This document shows positions 39,016 through 52,529 of a stretch of 64,000 nucleotides of DNA, piece by piece; within the stretch, counting starts at the first letter, position 1, and each line of letters begins with the position of its first letter. A model generated the notes under the pieces. That model saw only the letters and a program-made list of their open reading frames with translations, was not told the origin of the DNA and did no database searches. Origin of the DNA: Antechinus flavipes (Eukaryota); contig NC_067403.1 of assembly GCF_016432865.1 (NCBI RefSeq), positions 2,046,001 to 2,110,000 of the forward strand, read 5' to 3'. The translations under genes were made by a program, and so were the position numbers.

Positions 39016-42000
39016 ATGGCAGGAAATACAGAATTGGTTATTTTAACTGTAAATGTGAATGGGATGAACTCTCCCATAAAGAGGAGGCGGATAGCAGACT
39101 GGATCAAAAGTCAGAACCCTACAATCTGTTGTTTACAGGAAACACATTTAAAACAGGGAGATACATACAGAGTAAAGGTAAAAGGCTGGAGCAGAATCTA
39201 TTATGCTTCAGGTGAAGTCAAAAAAGCAGGGGTAGCCATCCTTATCTCAGATCAAGCAAAAGGAAAGATTGATCTAATTAAAAGAGATAAGGAAGAAAAC
39301 TATATCTTGCTTAAGGGTACTATAGACAATGAAGCAATATCAGTATTAAACATATATGCACCAAGTGGTATAGCATCTAACTTCCTTAAAGAGAAGTTAA
39401 GAGAGTTGCGAAAAGAAATAGACAGCAAAACTATAATAGTGGGAGACCTCAATCTTGCACTCTCAGATTTAAATAAATCAAATCACAAAACAAATAAGAA
39501 AGAAATTAAAGAGGTAAATAGAATATCAGAAAAATTAGGTATGATAGATCTCTGGAGAAAACTGAATGGTGACAGAAAGGAGTATACTTTCTTCTCAGCA
39601 GTTCATGGAACCTACACAAAAATTGACCATATATTAGGACATAAAGACATCAAAATTAAATGCAGGAAGGCAGAAATAGTAAATGCTTTCTTTTCAGATC
39701 ACAATGCAATAAAAACTACATTCTACAAAAAGTTAGATGTAAATAGACCAAAAAGTAATTGGAAACTAAATAATCTCATCTTAAAGAATGATTGGGTAAA
39801 ACAGCAAATTATAGACACAATTAATAATTTCACTCAAGATAATGACAATGGTGAGACATCATACCAAAATTTATGGGATGCAGCCAAAGCGGTAATAAGG
39901 GGAAATTTTATATCCTTAGAGGCTTACTTGAATAAAATAGAAAAAGAGAAGATCAATGAATTGGGCCTGGAACTTAAAAAGTTAGAAAAAGACCAAATTA
40001 AAAACCCCCAATCAATTACTAAACTCGAAATTCTAAAATTAAAAGGAGAAATTAATAATATAGAAAGTAAAAAACTATTGAACTAATAAATAAAACTAAG
40101 AGTTGGTTTTATGAAAAAACCAATAAAATTGATAAACCTTGGTAAATCTGATTAGAAAAAGGAGAGAGGGAAATCAAATTAGGAGTCTTAAAAATAAAAA
40201 AGGAGAACTTTCCACTGATGAAGAGGAAATTAAAGAAATAATAAGGGGTTACTTTGCCCAACTTTATGCCAATAAATTTGATAACCTAAGCGAAATGGAC
40301 ATCTACCTCCAAAAAGATAGGCTTCCCAGATTATCAGAGGAGGAAGTAAATTGCTTAAATAGTCCCATTTCAGAAAAAGAAATAGAACAAGCTATTAATC
40401 AACTCCCTAAAAAAAATTCCCGGGACCAGATGGATTTACATGTGAATTCTACTAAACATTCAAAGAACAATTAGCCCCAATGCTTTATAAACTATTTGAA
40501 AAAATAGGGAATGAAGGAGTCCTACCAAATTCCTTTTATGACACAGACATGGTACTGATACCTAAACCAAGTAGGTTGAAAACAGAGAAAGAAAATTATA
40601 GACCAATCTCCCTAATGAATATTGATGCTAAAATCTTAAATAAGATATTAGCAAAAAGACTACAGAAAATCATTCCCATGATAATACACCACGATCAAGT
40701 AGGATTTATACCAGGAATGCAGGGCTGGTTCAATATTAGGAAAACTATCAGTATAATTGGCCATATTAATAATCAAATTAACAAAAACCATAGGATCATC
40801 TCAATAGATGCAGAAAAAGCATTTGATAAAATCCAACATCCATTCTTATTAAAAAAAAAAAAAAACTCTTGAGAGTATAGGAATAAATGGACTTTTCCGT
40901 AAAATAATCAGTAGCATCTATTTAAAACCAACAGTAAATATCATATGTAACAGAGACAAACTGCAACCATTCCCAATAAGATCAGGAGTGAGACAAGGTT
41001 GCCCACTATCACCGTTAATATTTAATATTGTATTAGAAATGCTAGCTTTGGTAATAAGAGTTGAGAAAGAGATTAAAGGAATAAGAATAGGCAATGAGGA
41101 AACCAAATTATCACTCTTTGCTGATGATATGATGGTATACTTAGAGAACCCCAGAGACTCTACTAAAAAGTTATTAGAAACAATCCACACTTTCAGCAAA
41201 GTTGCAGGATACAAAATAAACCCACATAAGTCATCAGCATTTTTATATATCACTAACAAAACCCAACAGTTAGAGTTACAAAAAGAAATTCCATTTAAAG
41301 TAACTACTGATTGTATAAAACATTTAGGAATCTATCTGCCAAGGGAAAATCAGAAACTTTATGAGCAAAACTACAAAACACTTTCCACACAAATTAAGTC
41401 TGATCTGACCAACTGGAAAAATATTAAATGCTCTTGGATTGGGCGAGCAAATATAATAAAGATGACAATACTACCTAAATTAATCTATTTATTTAGCGCT
41501 ATACCAATCAGACTCCCAAAAAACTACTTTGATGAATTAGAAAAAATAACAACAAAGTTCATATGGAAAAACAAAAGGTCAAGAATTTCAAGGGAATTAA
41601 TGAAAAAACAAATCAAATGAAGATGGCCTAGCTGTACCAGATCTAAAATTATATTATAAAGCAGCAGTTACTAAAACCATCTAGTATTGGCTAAGAAATA
41701 GACTAGTTGATCAATGGAATAGGTTAGGTTCAAAGGACAAAACAGCCAATAACTTTAATAATATAGTGTTTGACAAACCCAAAGACCCCAGTTTCTGGTA
41801 TAAGAATGCACTATTTGACAAAAATTGTTGGGAAAATTGGAAATTAGTGTGGCAGAAACTAGGCATTGACCCACACTTAACACCGTACACCAAGATTAGG
41901 TCAAAATGGGTTCATGACCTAGGCATAAAGAATGAGATGATAAATAAATTGGAAGAGCATAGGATAGTTTACCTCTCAGACCTGTGGAAGAGGGAGGAAT

Positions 42001-42827
42001 TTAGGACCAAAGAAGAACTAGAGATCACTATTGACCACAAAATAGAAAATTTTGATTATATTAAATTGAAAAGTTTTTGTACAAACAAAACAAATGCAGA
42101 CAAGATTAGAAGGGAAACAATAAACTGGGAAAACATTTTTACAATCAAAGATTCTGATAAAGGCCTCATTTCCAAAATATATAGAAAATTGACTCTAATT
42201 TATAAGAAATCAAACCATTCTCCAATTGATAAATGGTCAAAGGATATGAACAGACAATTCTCAGATGAAGAAATTGAAACTATCTATAGACATATGAAAA
42301 TATGCTCCAAATCATTATTAATCAGAGAAATGCAAATTAAGACAACTCTGAGATACCACTACACACCTGTCAGATTGGCTAGAATGACAGGAAAAGATAA
42401 TGGGGAATGTTGGAGAGGATGTGGGAAAACAGGGACACTGAAACATTGTTGGTGGAATTGTGAACACATCCAGCCATTCTGGAGAGCAATTTGGAACTAT
42501 GCTCAAAAAGTTATCAAACTGTGCATACCCTTTGATCCAGCCGTGTTACTACTGGGCTTATACCCCAAAGAGATACTAAAGAAGGGAAAGGGACCTGTAT
42601 GTGCCAGAATGTTTGTGGCAGCCCTGTTTGTAGTGGCTAGAAGCTGGAAAATGAATGGATGCTCATCAATTGGAGAACGGTTGAGTAAATTGTGGTATAT
42701 GAATGTTATGGAATATTATTGTTCTGTAAGGAATAACCAGCAGGATGAATACAAAGAGGACTGGCAAGATTTCCATGAACTGATGCTAAGTGAAATCATT
42801 ATATACCTCAACAACGATACTGTTTGA
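39016..42827 (+). pseudogene. L1 ORF2p (APE endonuclease, reverse transcriptase, C-terminal domain), disrupted
   Basis: Motifs seen: NVNGMNSPIKR, CCLQETH, IVGDLN, SDHNAI (endonuclease); [35 protein letters not shown] (RT). It is split over five track ORFs by frameshifts and carries a nonsense change in KTI*YWL near 41680. Confidence 0.96.
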
Positions 42828-43857
42828 GGATGTATTCTGATGGAAGTGGATCTCTTCGATAAAGAGAGCTAATTCAGTTTCAATTGATCAAGGATGGACA
42901 GAAGCAGCTACACCCAAAGAAAAAACACTGGGAAATGAATATAAACTACTTGCATTTTTGTTTTTCTTCCTGGATTATTTATACCTTCTGAATTCAATTC
43001 TCCCTGTGCAACAAGAAAATTGTTCAGTTCTGCAAACATATATTGTATCTAGGATATACTGTAACCTATTCATGTAAAGGACTGCTTGCCACTTGGGGGA
43101 GGGGATGGAGGGAAGGAGGGGAAAAATTGGAACAGAAGTGAATGCAAGGGATAATGCTGTAAAAAATTACCCTGGCATGAGTTCTATCAATAAAAAGTTA
43201 TTTAAAAAAAGACATTCCTTTCTCCCTTTGTTGGGATGGGTGAGAAGAAAGGGGAAAATGTGCTCACATAAATCTTCATGTCTAATCTGTGTAGAAAGAA
43301 CTAGATCTTCCCTAATGTAGAATGCCATAGATGGAGCTCTGTATACCCTTCACTTTAAAATCAACCCAGGAAGGGAATGAGCTGATAGTTAAACAAATTC
43401 CCTGTTGAGAGCAATCCAAGTCAGGGGATTTACGAGTCACTGGAGAAAAGATGAAGGTGAGCTGGGGAAATAGAGCCCAGGTGGCAGACATCTCCAAGAG
43501 CATGTTCAAGATGACACACCCTGATTATGATGGATGAAGGCACTCTCCCCTTCTGCCATTACCTCAGTCAAACTTCGTGAAAAGAAGCTGCCAGCCATTC
43601 CCAGAAAGACTCAGTGGTTCGGAGCATCAGGAGTTTTTGAGGCCAGACTGGCTGCCTCCACTGGAGGAGATGAGGATTGAGAAGTCACCGGTATTCTCCC
43701 TCTCTGGCTGCATTATTTATACCTGGCTCGTGGAGGTGGTAAGGCAACTCTAGGCCCTCAGCAGCCAAAGGACTCATTTCCTAGGGAGATACAGTAGGAA
43801 GCATCTGGCTAGTTCTCTTTCTGAAACGAATAATTGTGCTTCTTAAAGAATCCCAAA

Positions 43858-44010
43858 GGGAAGTTAGAGGGTGCACCGGATAGAGCAGCAGCCCTGAAGT
43901 CAGGAGGACCTGAGTTCAAATCTGCTCTCAGGCACTTACACTTCCTAGCTGTGTGACACTGGGCAAGTCACTTAAGCCCAATTTCCTCAGGGGGAAAAAA
44001 AAAAGAAAAT
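43858..44010 (+). mobile_element. Short young CORE-SINE (WSINE1-like)
   Basis: GGATAGAGCAGCAGCCCTGAAGTCAGGAGGACCTGAGTTCAAATC...CTAGCTGTGTGACACTGGGCAAGTCACTTAAGCCCAATTTCCTCAG followed by an A tail. Confidence 0.75.
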
Positions 44011-46654
44011 GAAATCCTACTAATGCTCTCACTGAAGAAATTAGTTCTTAATCCCAGAGAACAAGCCTTTGATCCATTTCATAGCTACCACAAGTAGGAA
44101 ATAAAGTGTAATAAGAGACAAATAATAAAGGACCTTGGATTTGGAGAGAGAAATCTTGGATTTGAACAATATCACGATCACTGGCTCTGAATGCTTATTA
44201 GGAAAGAATCATTTCCCCTCTCTGAGTTTCTGTAGAGGAAGGATAAAAACTAACTTTACAGCTTGTTGGGAGGGCAGTCGGGGCATGGCCTTCACTCTCA
44301 CTCTCTGCCCTAGCTTGCTCACTCAACATGTATTCACACTGATAGTTCCTGAGGTTCCTCAAAAGGGTCCATAACCCTGCTACTCATTCTGCTGCTACTC
44401 ATTTCCTCTCATGGTCTTAGGTATAAAACTGGTTTGGAGAATGAAGGCACATTCCTATTTCTTGCTCCTGTTTCCCATTTATAAAAATCAGAGACTTTGA
44501 CATCATTAAGACAACTCTTAGACATAAAAGTTACCAAATAATAAGAAAAAAAAGCAAAAGCATGAAGGACAAAGGGTAAAGAGTACTTTGAGAGTAAAGG
44601 GCAGACCTGACATTCAAACCCAAGTCCTCCAACTATATCTAGTATAAGAGATTGGACTCCATGGCTGTAACGGTCCCTCCAGCTCCAAATCTCTGCTCCT
44701 GCGCTATCTAGCATCCCAAAGGCAGGTGTGAAATTGTTCCAGGAGGCCATGAATGGTGATGTAAGCCCGAGATCCCTGCTGCCAGGGAGGCTGTGGCTAA
44801 GGAATTCTAAGCAGCAGCAGGACTCGTGCTTATATGGTATCCACACTAAGTCTAGTCCCAACGGGGTGAGCCCCAGAAGTGGTGGGCCACCAAGCTGCTT
44901 AGGCCAAGGGCAAAGTTTGATGATCAATGAGGGATCACATACAGGATTGGGTGCTGTACTTCCCCTGGGCAAGTAGGTAGACCCAATCTTGAAAACAGCA
45001 AAAATGCTTCTGGAGAAAAAAAAAAAAAAAAAAAAAAAAGGAAGAACAAGAATGAAGATTTTCATTTGTTTTCCCCTGCAAAGTTTTCAGGTATTTAAGC
45101 ACCAAAAGGTGACAAAGATGTGATATGTAATAAACTCAATCTACCAGAAAATGCAACTATCAAGATCATACTTGGTCACAAGCTCTGTGGGGACTTTTCA
45201 GGAGAGTAGAGAGCATGTCACCTCCATTTGCTCTTTGGACACTTGCTCTAGCTTGACTGGTGCATCTAACACATAACAGAAATTACTGGGAGAAGAGGCA
45301 GGTTTTTGACATCACGGACACAGAAAATCCCAAGGTAATCCCACAGAAGTTCCAAGCAGGGGATGTGCTCTCCAACTTTCAGCTGCTTCAGCTCCCCAAA
45401 TGGCAGAGCCACAGAAAAGGAAGGTGACCTGGACAGCCCCAGGGGTAAGATACTAGAACGTTTGTACCGCCTGCCTGGACAATCTAAGGAATTACCTGGC
45501 AACCGATTGGCAGCTGAGTGTGGTTTCCATGTGCTGGAGATGCTTGAAAGCCTTTGACTGCTACTGTCTTCTCCTTTTCTCAAAAGGCAAAGGGCAAAGA
45601 TGCAGAAGAGTGAGTAGAGTTGAAGATTCAGATTTTTCCTTAAGTCTTACTTGACTTATCTTAAGTGAGCTACTCTTGCTGTTTGAATATTAATGCTTCA
45701 TCCCCTATTTTTTCCCCATGTAATAAAATGTTTTAGACTATATGATAATTAATAATTATTATTTTTATGTATTATTTTACACATATCTAATAATTAATAA
45801 ACAGGCCATCACAAGAAGGAGGGAAATTAATCTATTGAGGTAGAATCCATAAACCATAAGAGATTTCTAATTATTTCTAAATTATCTTTTTCTAGACTTG
45901 AAACAGGGACTTGAGAGCATGAAGGAAGGTGACTTTCTGAGCAAGCTCAGGTGGTAATGAAAGCACTATGGGCATAAAATGTGCAGGCACTGGAGCACAC
46001 CTAGTTGAATTAAAAGGTGCAGCTCAAAGTGAGAGCATCACCTGGTGGTTAAGCCAGATATTCTACTTCCTCCTCCCTACTCCCTACAACGACTCTGAGA
46101 AATGATCTGTAATGCTAGTCAATTAAATCTTTGGAGGGAAGCCAACCTTTCTTGCTAAATGTTCTTAGGAGCACTGAAACTTCTGCTTTTGAAGGTGGAT
46201 TTGGTTTTGGTTTGGTTTTGAAAAGGACAAAAACCATCTGGAGCCAGATCTCTTAGAAATCTTCAAGCCGCTGCAAATTGAGGTCAAAATTTAGAGGAAG
46301 CCATCAAATAATGAGATGCCTCTAATGGCTCCTTTTATCTTGGAGGGGATTAGGTTCCTGAAAGGCCAACCCTTCTCTAATTACCAAGTCTGATAATTCC
46401 GACCAAACTGGAGAACTTAGAGCACTAGACCAGGGACAACCATGTTCACCACACAAGGCCAGCCTAGCTAAATGCAAAGAAGTTCATCACTAGAAAGCCA
46501 CCCAGAAATGGGACCAGGAACAAGTGCAATCTCTGGAGACCACATGCCGAAGCTTAGAAAAGTTGTCATTTGGATTGGTAGGGAAAGCATGCACACTATG
46601 AAATGATGGAGCTTTTCAAATAAGAGCTGACTGGAAGCTTTCCATATCATTCAG

Positions 46655-46870
46655 TTTCAGTCATTTTTCAATCCTTTTTTTCACCTCATATGAGGTTTTC
46701 TTGAAAGACACTTTAGCAGCCTGCCATATCCTTCTCCAAATCATTTTACAGATGAAGAAATTGAGGCAAATGGGGTTAAGTGACTTGTCCAGGGTCACAA
46801 AGCTAGTGTCTGAGGTCAAATTTAAACTCAGAAAGATACTTCTTGACATATGCCTTACACTCTATCTACT
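46655..46870 (-). mobile_element. Mar1-type CORE-SINE
   Basis: Reverse-complement tail, then CATTTTACAGATGAAGAAATTGAGGC and AAGTGACTTGTCCAGGGTCAC. Confidence 0.75.
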
Positions 46871-47490
46871 GCCTTATTGTCTTTAAAAACATTCTTTACA
46901 GGAACTCCTGATATTTTCTGAATAACAGTAGCATTGTCACAATAAATGTACTGTCTATCTAAACAAAAACCTTAAAAAAATCATATTCATTTGGATATAG
47001 TAGCTCCTAGGATCCTAAAATCATAGGACGATCTGACTTTCATCCGAGATCCAGCCCAGCTCAGGACAGGGAGGCTCACCACCAGAAAGGTGGTCACCAT
47101 TGGTCATGAAACTCAACATTGCACTGTGGAAATAATGCTAGTTGCCCTTTGGAGATTGAGGATCTGGATTTCAAAAGATGGCTCTGGCACTTTCTACCTG
47201 TATGTTCTTAGACAAGTCACAATCTTCCTGGGCTTGGTTTCTTCATCTGTAAAAAGAGGAAGTGGAAATAGATTCTAGGTCTCATCTCTCTCTAGATGCA
47301 TACCATTTATGGTGTGGTAAGCTAGATCAAATAAATCAAGTCCAGAGCTATCTGCCTATGGCTAATACTGACGTGACCATGGGCAAGTAGCTTCCCCTTG
47401 TTGAGTTACATTATCCTTTTCTGTAAAATGGGAACAGTAATATTTACAATGCCTTCCTTACTGGGTAAAGAAAGGGTTAAAACTGTATAT

Positions 47491-47667
47491 TGAGGAGTAG
47501 GAATAGGAGAAAGAGGAGGAGGAGGAGTAAAAGTAGAAGTAGTAGTAATAGTAGTAGTAACAGTAGTAGTAGTAGTAGTAGTAACAGCAGTAGTAGTAAA
47601 GTAGTAATAATAATAGTAGTTGTAGTAATAGTAATAAAGGAGGAGGAGGAGGAGGAGGAGAAGGAGG
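47491..47667. repeat. Compound trinucleotide microsatellite (GGA)n-(AGT)n-(AAT)n-(GGA)n
   Basis: Read directly from sequence. Confidence 0.92.
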
Positions 47668-48039
47668 TGTTATAACTTGTTGCCTTGCCCTTATACAAAT
47701 CAATAGCTTACATTTTAATTGATACAAAAGGAGCATAAAGTAAGATGGGATGTATTAATTGGCTGAATTGTCAGTATCAGAAGATGAACACAAATTTAAT
47801 CCTGTAGTTTTAGCCTTAGTGTGTGTGATGCTGAACAAGTCAGTGAACACTCACTCCCCCACCAGTGTCCTCAGTTTGCTCATGATTAAAACAAGGGGAT
47901 TGGTCTTATCCTCTGAGGTCGTTTCCAGCTCGTGGGTGGATGATCTTATGATATAAAAGCCCTAAGTGGGGATTATTGATGTCTACAACTCCTGGGCATC
48001 TCCATCTGGTGATAGAGATCAGATGGGTCTAAAAGTCAT

Positions 48040-48335
48040 TGGCCCTTCGTTCCCAGAGATGACCATGACATCAGGGGTGACACTGTGACATGCAAGTGAA
48101 TTAGGTTTGAGTGAGTAAGAGCCAATCCAAGTCACAGGCTTCACTTTCGGTGGGATCTAGTGGCCAAGGAGAGGTCAGGATGACTGCAAATGGCCCTGAG
48201 TGTAGTGGGAAACTCTAACCTTTGAAAATAAAGGTCTTTAATACATCTCAGTTTGACCAAAGGCAACTGCCCAGTCAATGACTAAGGCTAGAGAAGAAAG
48301 CATGAGGCAAAAAATGACCTTTTTTGTTTAGAAAA
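48040..48335. mobile_element. Marsupial interspersed repeat (probably RTE-related; family not verified)
   Basis: GACCATGACATCAGGGG...CATGCAAGTGAATTAGG...CTCAGTTTGACC...GAGGCAAAAAATGACC matches a repeat I recognise from marsupial genomes. An A-rich tract follows. Confidence 0.45.
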
Positions 48336-48352
48336 AAAAAAATTAATTAAAT

Positions 48353-48383
<31 letters not shown>

Positions 48384-50819
48384 GAATCCATGTGGGACAG
48401 AAAGATCCTCAGGGTTTCTGGCCAAAACAGCAACATGTAAGAGTTGGCCCCTCAAGACTCAGTTCTGACTGTCTTGTAAAGAGGTATTTCTTTGGTGGTT
48501 TTCTTCCTATACCCTTTTGCCTACTGTTCCTAAAGGGCAACAGGGCAACTTTTGCCAGACTCTAGAATATGGAACATTGTTTCAGGGAGAGAAGAGAACG
48601 GAGAGAGGGGAGATAGACATTTTTTGCTTTGTCAACTTTTCTTGTCAACAGGTTGCCAGGGAAGGTGGGGAGAGGTTAACCTAGGAAGACAGAATCAGAA
48701 CAAGCTCCTGGAATAATGTTTAACTTGATCACCACAGGCTTTCTCCATTATTTGACTAGATGTTATGATTCCCCTTAAGTGCCTAGGAGAGATTCTGTGT
48801 TGGATTAACAATGGAAGAGTTTTGATTATTGCTTAGCCCAGAAAATGTGAGCTATACACATACCCAGAGGCAAGCAGAGACTGTTGGAACAAAGACAGAG
48901 GGTCTCCCACTAGAGCAGATCTGCAGAATCTGTCTTAAATTAAAAAAAAAAAACCTTTGGTGTACAGTGAACTTATCAGTGAATATTATCCCTTCTCCCA
49001 GCACTCTTACTAATAATCTTCTATAACATCCTCACCTGCTTCAGCCTGTAGCAATTTTTCCTTTCTCTAAAAACTTTAATTTGTGTCAAGAAGGATTTAG
49101 ATGCTCAGCATTTTATTTTATTCTCACCTCTCAAATTAGGGTGTATGCTTCTTGACACTCTTGACATGCCCTGAATTCTCCCATCTCCCTGCCTTTGTTT
49201 TTATTGTCCTCAAATGTCTGCATTACCTTCCCTTTTCCTGACCTATGGAATTATTGCCCATGTTGTAAAATTCTTCCTGAACTACATCAATCTCTCTTTT
49301 CTTCATCCACAAGTAGATGATCTTTTTTTTCAGGTCTTCAACATCTGTTACTTGGACTTTACAATAGATTTCCCAGTTTTAGAAGTCTCCCAAACTAGGA
49401 AAGCTTAGAAAACATGACCAGTGCTAAACCATGTTTATGGCCAGTCTAAATTCAGGGAAGCTCAGGAGGACTGGCTACTATAGATCATAATGAACCAAGT
49501 GGGACTCCCAAGTTCCAGTTTCCAGTCTCTCCTCTCACTAGTCCACCTTAAACAAAACTGCCAAAATGATATTCCTACTGGTGACGAGGCTGACCATATT
49601 TCTCCCCTGCTCTAGTCTCTCTGCTGATTGGAGACATAATGTCCCCAGGATAAAATAAGAAGCTCTCACTCTGTCATTTAAAGACCTTCCCAAGCTGGCT
49701 CCATCTTACATTTTCATATTTATTTAACAGCATTTCCCTTCAAGCCTTCTCTATCTTCCGGCCAAAATTGCTTAATTTGCTTTTTCTGAAGGTAACATTC
49801 ATAACACAGGCTGCCTCCGTGCTTCGAATACTCTCCCTGCTTCCCCCTGCCTCTTGGAACTCTTAGCTGCCCTGAAAGTTCAGATCAGTCTTCCCTTCTG
49901 CTGATCTTTCCTAATCTCACCAGTCAGTGTTCTTCTCTCCCTCTGGGAAATTCTTAGTCCTTAATCTTTCTTTTTGTGATGTCTCCAGTAGAGTTTATAA
50001 ACTCCTTGTGAGGAAGGATTATTTCCCATAGATGTCTTTGCATCCCTCGCCACCTCAAAACAGTATCTCACATCTTGATGTTTCATTAGTATTTGTGGAA
50101 TTAATGTTGTTGACTCCCTCAATAATGAGCATCTTTGTCAGGTCTCCTGGGGCACATCCTTTGACCACTTTCTGTTTTATGGCCTTATGAGATAAACCCC
50201 AGAAAGACAGGTATCACGTCAATTCAATATTTTAGAACTCTTTTAGTGTTCTCCATGGAATGAAAACTTAATAAATGCTTGCTGAACAAATGAATAAATG
50301 AATAATAAATGATAAATGCTTGCATGATTCTAGTCAAGTCCCATTCTTCCTCTGGTCTTCTGATTCCTCAACTCCGAAGGGAGGACATAGACCCATGTTG
50401 CCACTAATTATGATTCTCTAAATCACTCATTATTTAGAATCTATATTTCTTTTGTTATAGAATTTCTCCTTAAATTAATAGATTCAGATAGTGTCGACCC
50501 AATGTAATGTTTCTTTATTTAATGAAGATTAAATACTATCAGTATTCACTGAGAGGCATTATTGCATCAATATAGTACTTGCAAAAATGTCTAGAGAATA
50601 AAAAACACACTTATACTTGTGAGGATTGAAATGAATAATAAGTTACCATGTAAAATGGGAAGAGTAGGTAATGCAGACAGATTGGTGGGAAGATGTAAAT
50701 TATTTCTTCTTTGGGTCTCTGCTAAACTCTTGACTAAAGCCAAGCAGGCCTCTCTGGGTACATGAAGAACAAACCCACAATCTGGTCCAATTAATAGACT
50801 GGTGTTTGCCTGGTACTTT

Positions 50820-51030
50820 GGGATTTGCAAAGCATTTCAAATACCATCTCATTTTAATCTCACAACAACAAGAGAAGTGGTTCGCTTCTTGTCTTCCTTT
50901 TACATATTAGGAAACTGAGGCCCAGAGAAGTTAGATCATTTACCCAGGATCACATAGCTAGTGAGTATCTTAGAAAAGATCTTAATTCTAATTTTCCTGC
51001 CTCCAGGTCTTTCGTTCCATCCACTATACT
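50820..51030 (-). mobile_element. MIR-type CORE-SINE
   Basis: GGAAACTGAGGCCCAGAGAAGTTAGATCATTTACCCAGGATCACATAGCTAG. Confidence 0.75.
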
Positions 51031-51861
51031 TACTACCTATTTCAGGAGTAAATTAAGTATCCAATGGTCCAACCGGCCACTCTCCATGGCCAAGAAAGCT
51101 GATAAGCCATTTGGAGCCAAAGTACCATGCTCACAAAAAGCTGAATTTTACATTAGGGGTTTTGGAAATGGGCACAAATAAAGGAATAGAGCAGATAAAC
51201 AGAACTCATTAAAAATGGAATCGTCATTCCTAAATAGTTTGGTGAATCATGTTCCTACTGTCTTGGACGAGGATACAGATTGAGGAGCATGTTATAGCCC
51301 CAATGAATAAATCAGTCAAACAAATGCTTCTATACCCCAGGAATAAAACTACCAGAATATGCCTTTAGAAAGATAGAAATGTTTGTGCCAAGTGTACAAG
51401 CTATTTTTGTCTCATTCCTAAGAAAGCCTCTAGGGGCACCTCCAGTTCCTACGTGGACCCTCCCAGAGCAGCTACAGCAGGCTCAAGGTGGAGCTCTCTC
51501 TCCTCACAACCACCTCTATTACCACGCCCACTTCATACATGAGGAAACAAGGTCCAAAGAGGTGAAACAGCTTGTCCTGGATCAGACAGCAAGAATCGGA
51601 GAAGGGGATGTGCACCTGGCTGGTTCCGACCCACTCTCCCATGTTGGGAATGATCCTATGGCCAAGGGAAGAAGGAAGGTGCAGAAAAAAGGTTACCGCT
51701 AATATCTGCAATTAGACATTAGAGTATCATATGATGGAATGCAATCAATCTAATAAATGTAGCCTCGGTGTGTCAAAAGTGAGCCTTGAACTAGGGCTTC
51801 CTGACTCTCTATCCACTATGCCACACTGTCACTTATATGAAAACTACCTCACTGCAGTTAT

Positions 51862-52458
51862 CTTTTTTAAATTTTTATTAAAGCCTTCTATTTTCAAAAC
51901 ATATATATGGATAATTTTTCAACACTGACCCTTGCAAAAGTTTTTGTTCCAAAGTTTTCCCCACCTTTCCCCCATCCCATCCCCTGGATGGCAAGTAATC
52001 CAATATATGTGAAACATGTGCAATTCTTCTATACATATCTTGCTACACGAGAAAAATTAGATCAAAAAGGAAAAAAAATGAGAAAGAACATAAAATTCAA
52101 GCAAACAACAAAACAAAAGAAGTGAGAATGCTATGTTGTGGTCCACACTCAGTTCCCACAGTTCTCTCTCTGGGTGTAGATGGCTCTCTCCATCACTGAA
52201 CAACTGGAATTGGTTTGAATCATCTCATTGTTGAAGAGAGCCACGTTCATCAGAATTGATCATCCTATAGTCTTGGTGTTGTTGTGTACAATGATCCCCT
52301 GGCTCTGCTCATTTCACTCATCATCAGTCCATGTAAGTCCCTTCAGGCCTCTCTGAAATCATCCTGCTGGCCATTTCTTATAGAACAATAATATTCCATC
52401 ACATTCATACACCATGATTTATTCAGCCATTGTCCAGCTGACGGGCATCCACTTAGTG
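51862..52458 (-). mobile_element. 5'-truncated L1 (3' end)
   Basis: A T-rich tail is followed by the reverse complement of the L1 3'UTR and ORF2 end (TTTTCAAAACATATATATGGATAATTTTTCAACACTGACCCTTGCAA...ATAGAACAATAATATTCCAT). Confidence 0.85.
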
Positions 52459-52529
52459 CATTGTTTTATAAATTTTTATAAATTTATAAATTTATAACTG
52501 CTTTATAAATTTTAAAGTCTTAAAAGATT

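Larger units (their letters stand above)
36403..43207 (+). mobile_element. Full-length marsupial LINE-1 (about 6.8 kb), inactivated, antisense to STK32B
   Basis: It starts GGGGGGTGGAGCCAAGATGGCGG and has a CpG-rich 5'UTR, ORF1, a long spacer, ORF2 and a 3'UTR with AATAAA and an A tail. The 12-bp TSD AAAGACATTCCT is at 36391-36402 and 43208-43219, at a TT/AAAG endonuclease-type site. Confidence 0.97.

Noticed and set aside
44728-45040. 82-aa ORF followed by a long A-run, as a processed pseudogene
   Set aside because: No AATAAA before the A-run, no TSD found and no recognisable protein.
48330-48385. Long A-tract as the tail of a novel retrocopy
   Set aside because: It follows an interspersed repeat that explains it, and no TSD was found.
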